A DNA stretch of 48,614 nt. Origin: a bacterium (GTDB lineage: Bacteria > JAJVIF01 > JAPKYR01). Shown one piece after another: positions 48,080 through 48,614 of the stretch. Position 1 is the first letter of the stretch; each line of letters opens with the position of its first letter. Location: NCBI GenBank assembly GCA_026394215.1, contig JAPKYR010000154.1:1-48614 (forward strand), given 5' to 3'. The position numbers and the translations under genes were made by a program. Below the pieces are notes generated by a model, which did not search any database, had not been told where the DNA came from, and was given only the letters and a program-made list of their open reading frames with translations.

Positions 48080-48614
48080 TTACCACTCCCGCCTGATTGT
48101 ATAGGTCAGAACCGTTTCGCCATTCGACGCAACCGGAATTTTAAACTCGACCGTGCTCGCGTCTTTCTGCGTATAGTCAAGCGAGCTGTTCCGAACCTCC
48201 CAGTCGCCCCAGACATGGTCCCAGTAAACGATTTCGACGCGCTCATCCTTATGATTTCGGATAGTTACCTCGACATCGTACTCCCATAAATCGCTACGGA
48301 TTTCCCGCCTGTCTTTCACAACGCGTTCGCCGACAATATCGAACGCATTCCCCATCAGAATATCAATTTCCTCGTCTTTCGGGGTGTGATCGATCGAGTC
48401 CTCGCCGATAAACTGCAGCGACCCGGATGAATCCTCTTTATAGACTCGCATCGTGCCCTGCGGAAGCGGAATCCCAAGCCCGTTATTTTCGGAGTTCATA
48501 AACTGGAGGCGAACCTGGATATCCCCCTGTGCAGTATCGCCCGCGTAATAATAATCGTATCCTGGATCGAAGACGAAAATCTTCGTGACGTCGACTCCCT
48601 GCGCCTCAAGAAGG
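48080..48614 (-). CDS. DUF4139 domain protein, tandem paralog (5' end outside the window)
   Basis: C-terminus closely matches that of 46628-48076 (NGLGIPLP.GT.RVYKEDSSGSLQFIGEDSIDHTPKDEE...TIRREW); the frame stays open to the window edge. Confidence 0.92.
   Translation of the reverse strand, partial: LLEAQGVDVTKIFVFDPGYDYYYAGDTAQGDIQVRLQFMNSENNGLGIPLPQGTMRVYKEDSSGSLQFIGEDSIDHTPKDEEIDILMGNAFDIVGERVVKDRREIRSDLWEYDVEVTIRNHKDERVEIVYWDHVWGDWEVRNSSLDYTQKDASTVEFKIPVASNGETVLTYTIRREW

Overview
Bacterial chromosomal window. The organism is probably a diderm, since it encodes a predicted outer-membrane beta-barrel and several lipoproteins. Housekeeping content: topA (partial), dprA, rlmN (split by an in-frame TAG), mscL, a tRNA operon (Lys-Glu-Asp-Phe-Pro), a YfhO-type membrane protein, a GldA/F/G-like ABC system plus DUF4340, a c-di-AMP riboswitch ahead of a KimA-like K+ transporter, purC, purF, queG, elbB, an Rrf2 regulator with a ferredoxin-like gene, acs, a PAS-only protein and tandem DUF4139 paralogs. 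Accessory-looking content: (1) an MNT-HEPN toxin-antitoxin pair next to an unannotated 35-aa membrane peptide and an AT-rich two-gene operon; (2) two divergent giant LVIVD-repeat lipoproteins, one an S8 protease; (3) a ~0.43-kb integrase-less islet inside tRNA-Pro, bounded by 58-bp direct repeats and carrying one immunity-like gene; (4) a PLD-like protein lacking its catalytic motif; (5) several families of REP-like palindromes. No CRISPR array, integrase or transposase was seen. All calls come from reading motifs by eye; no searches were run.
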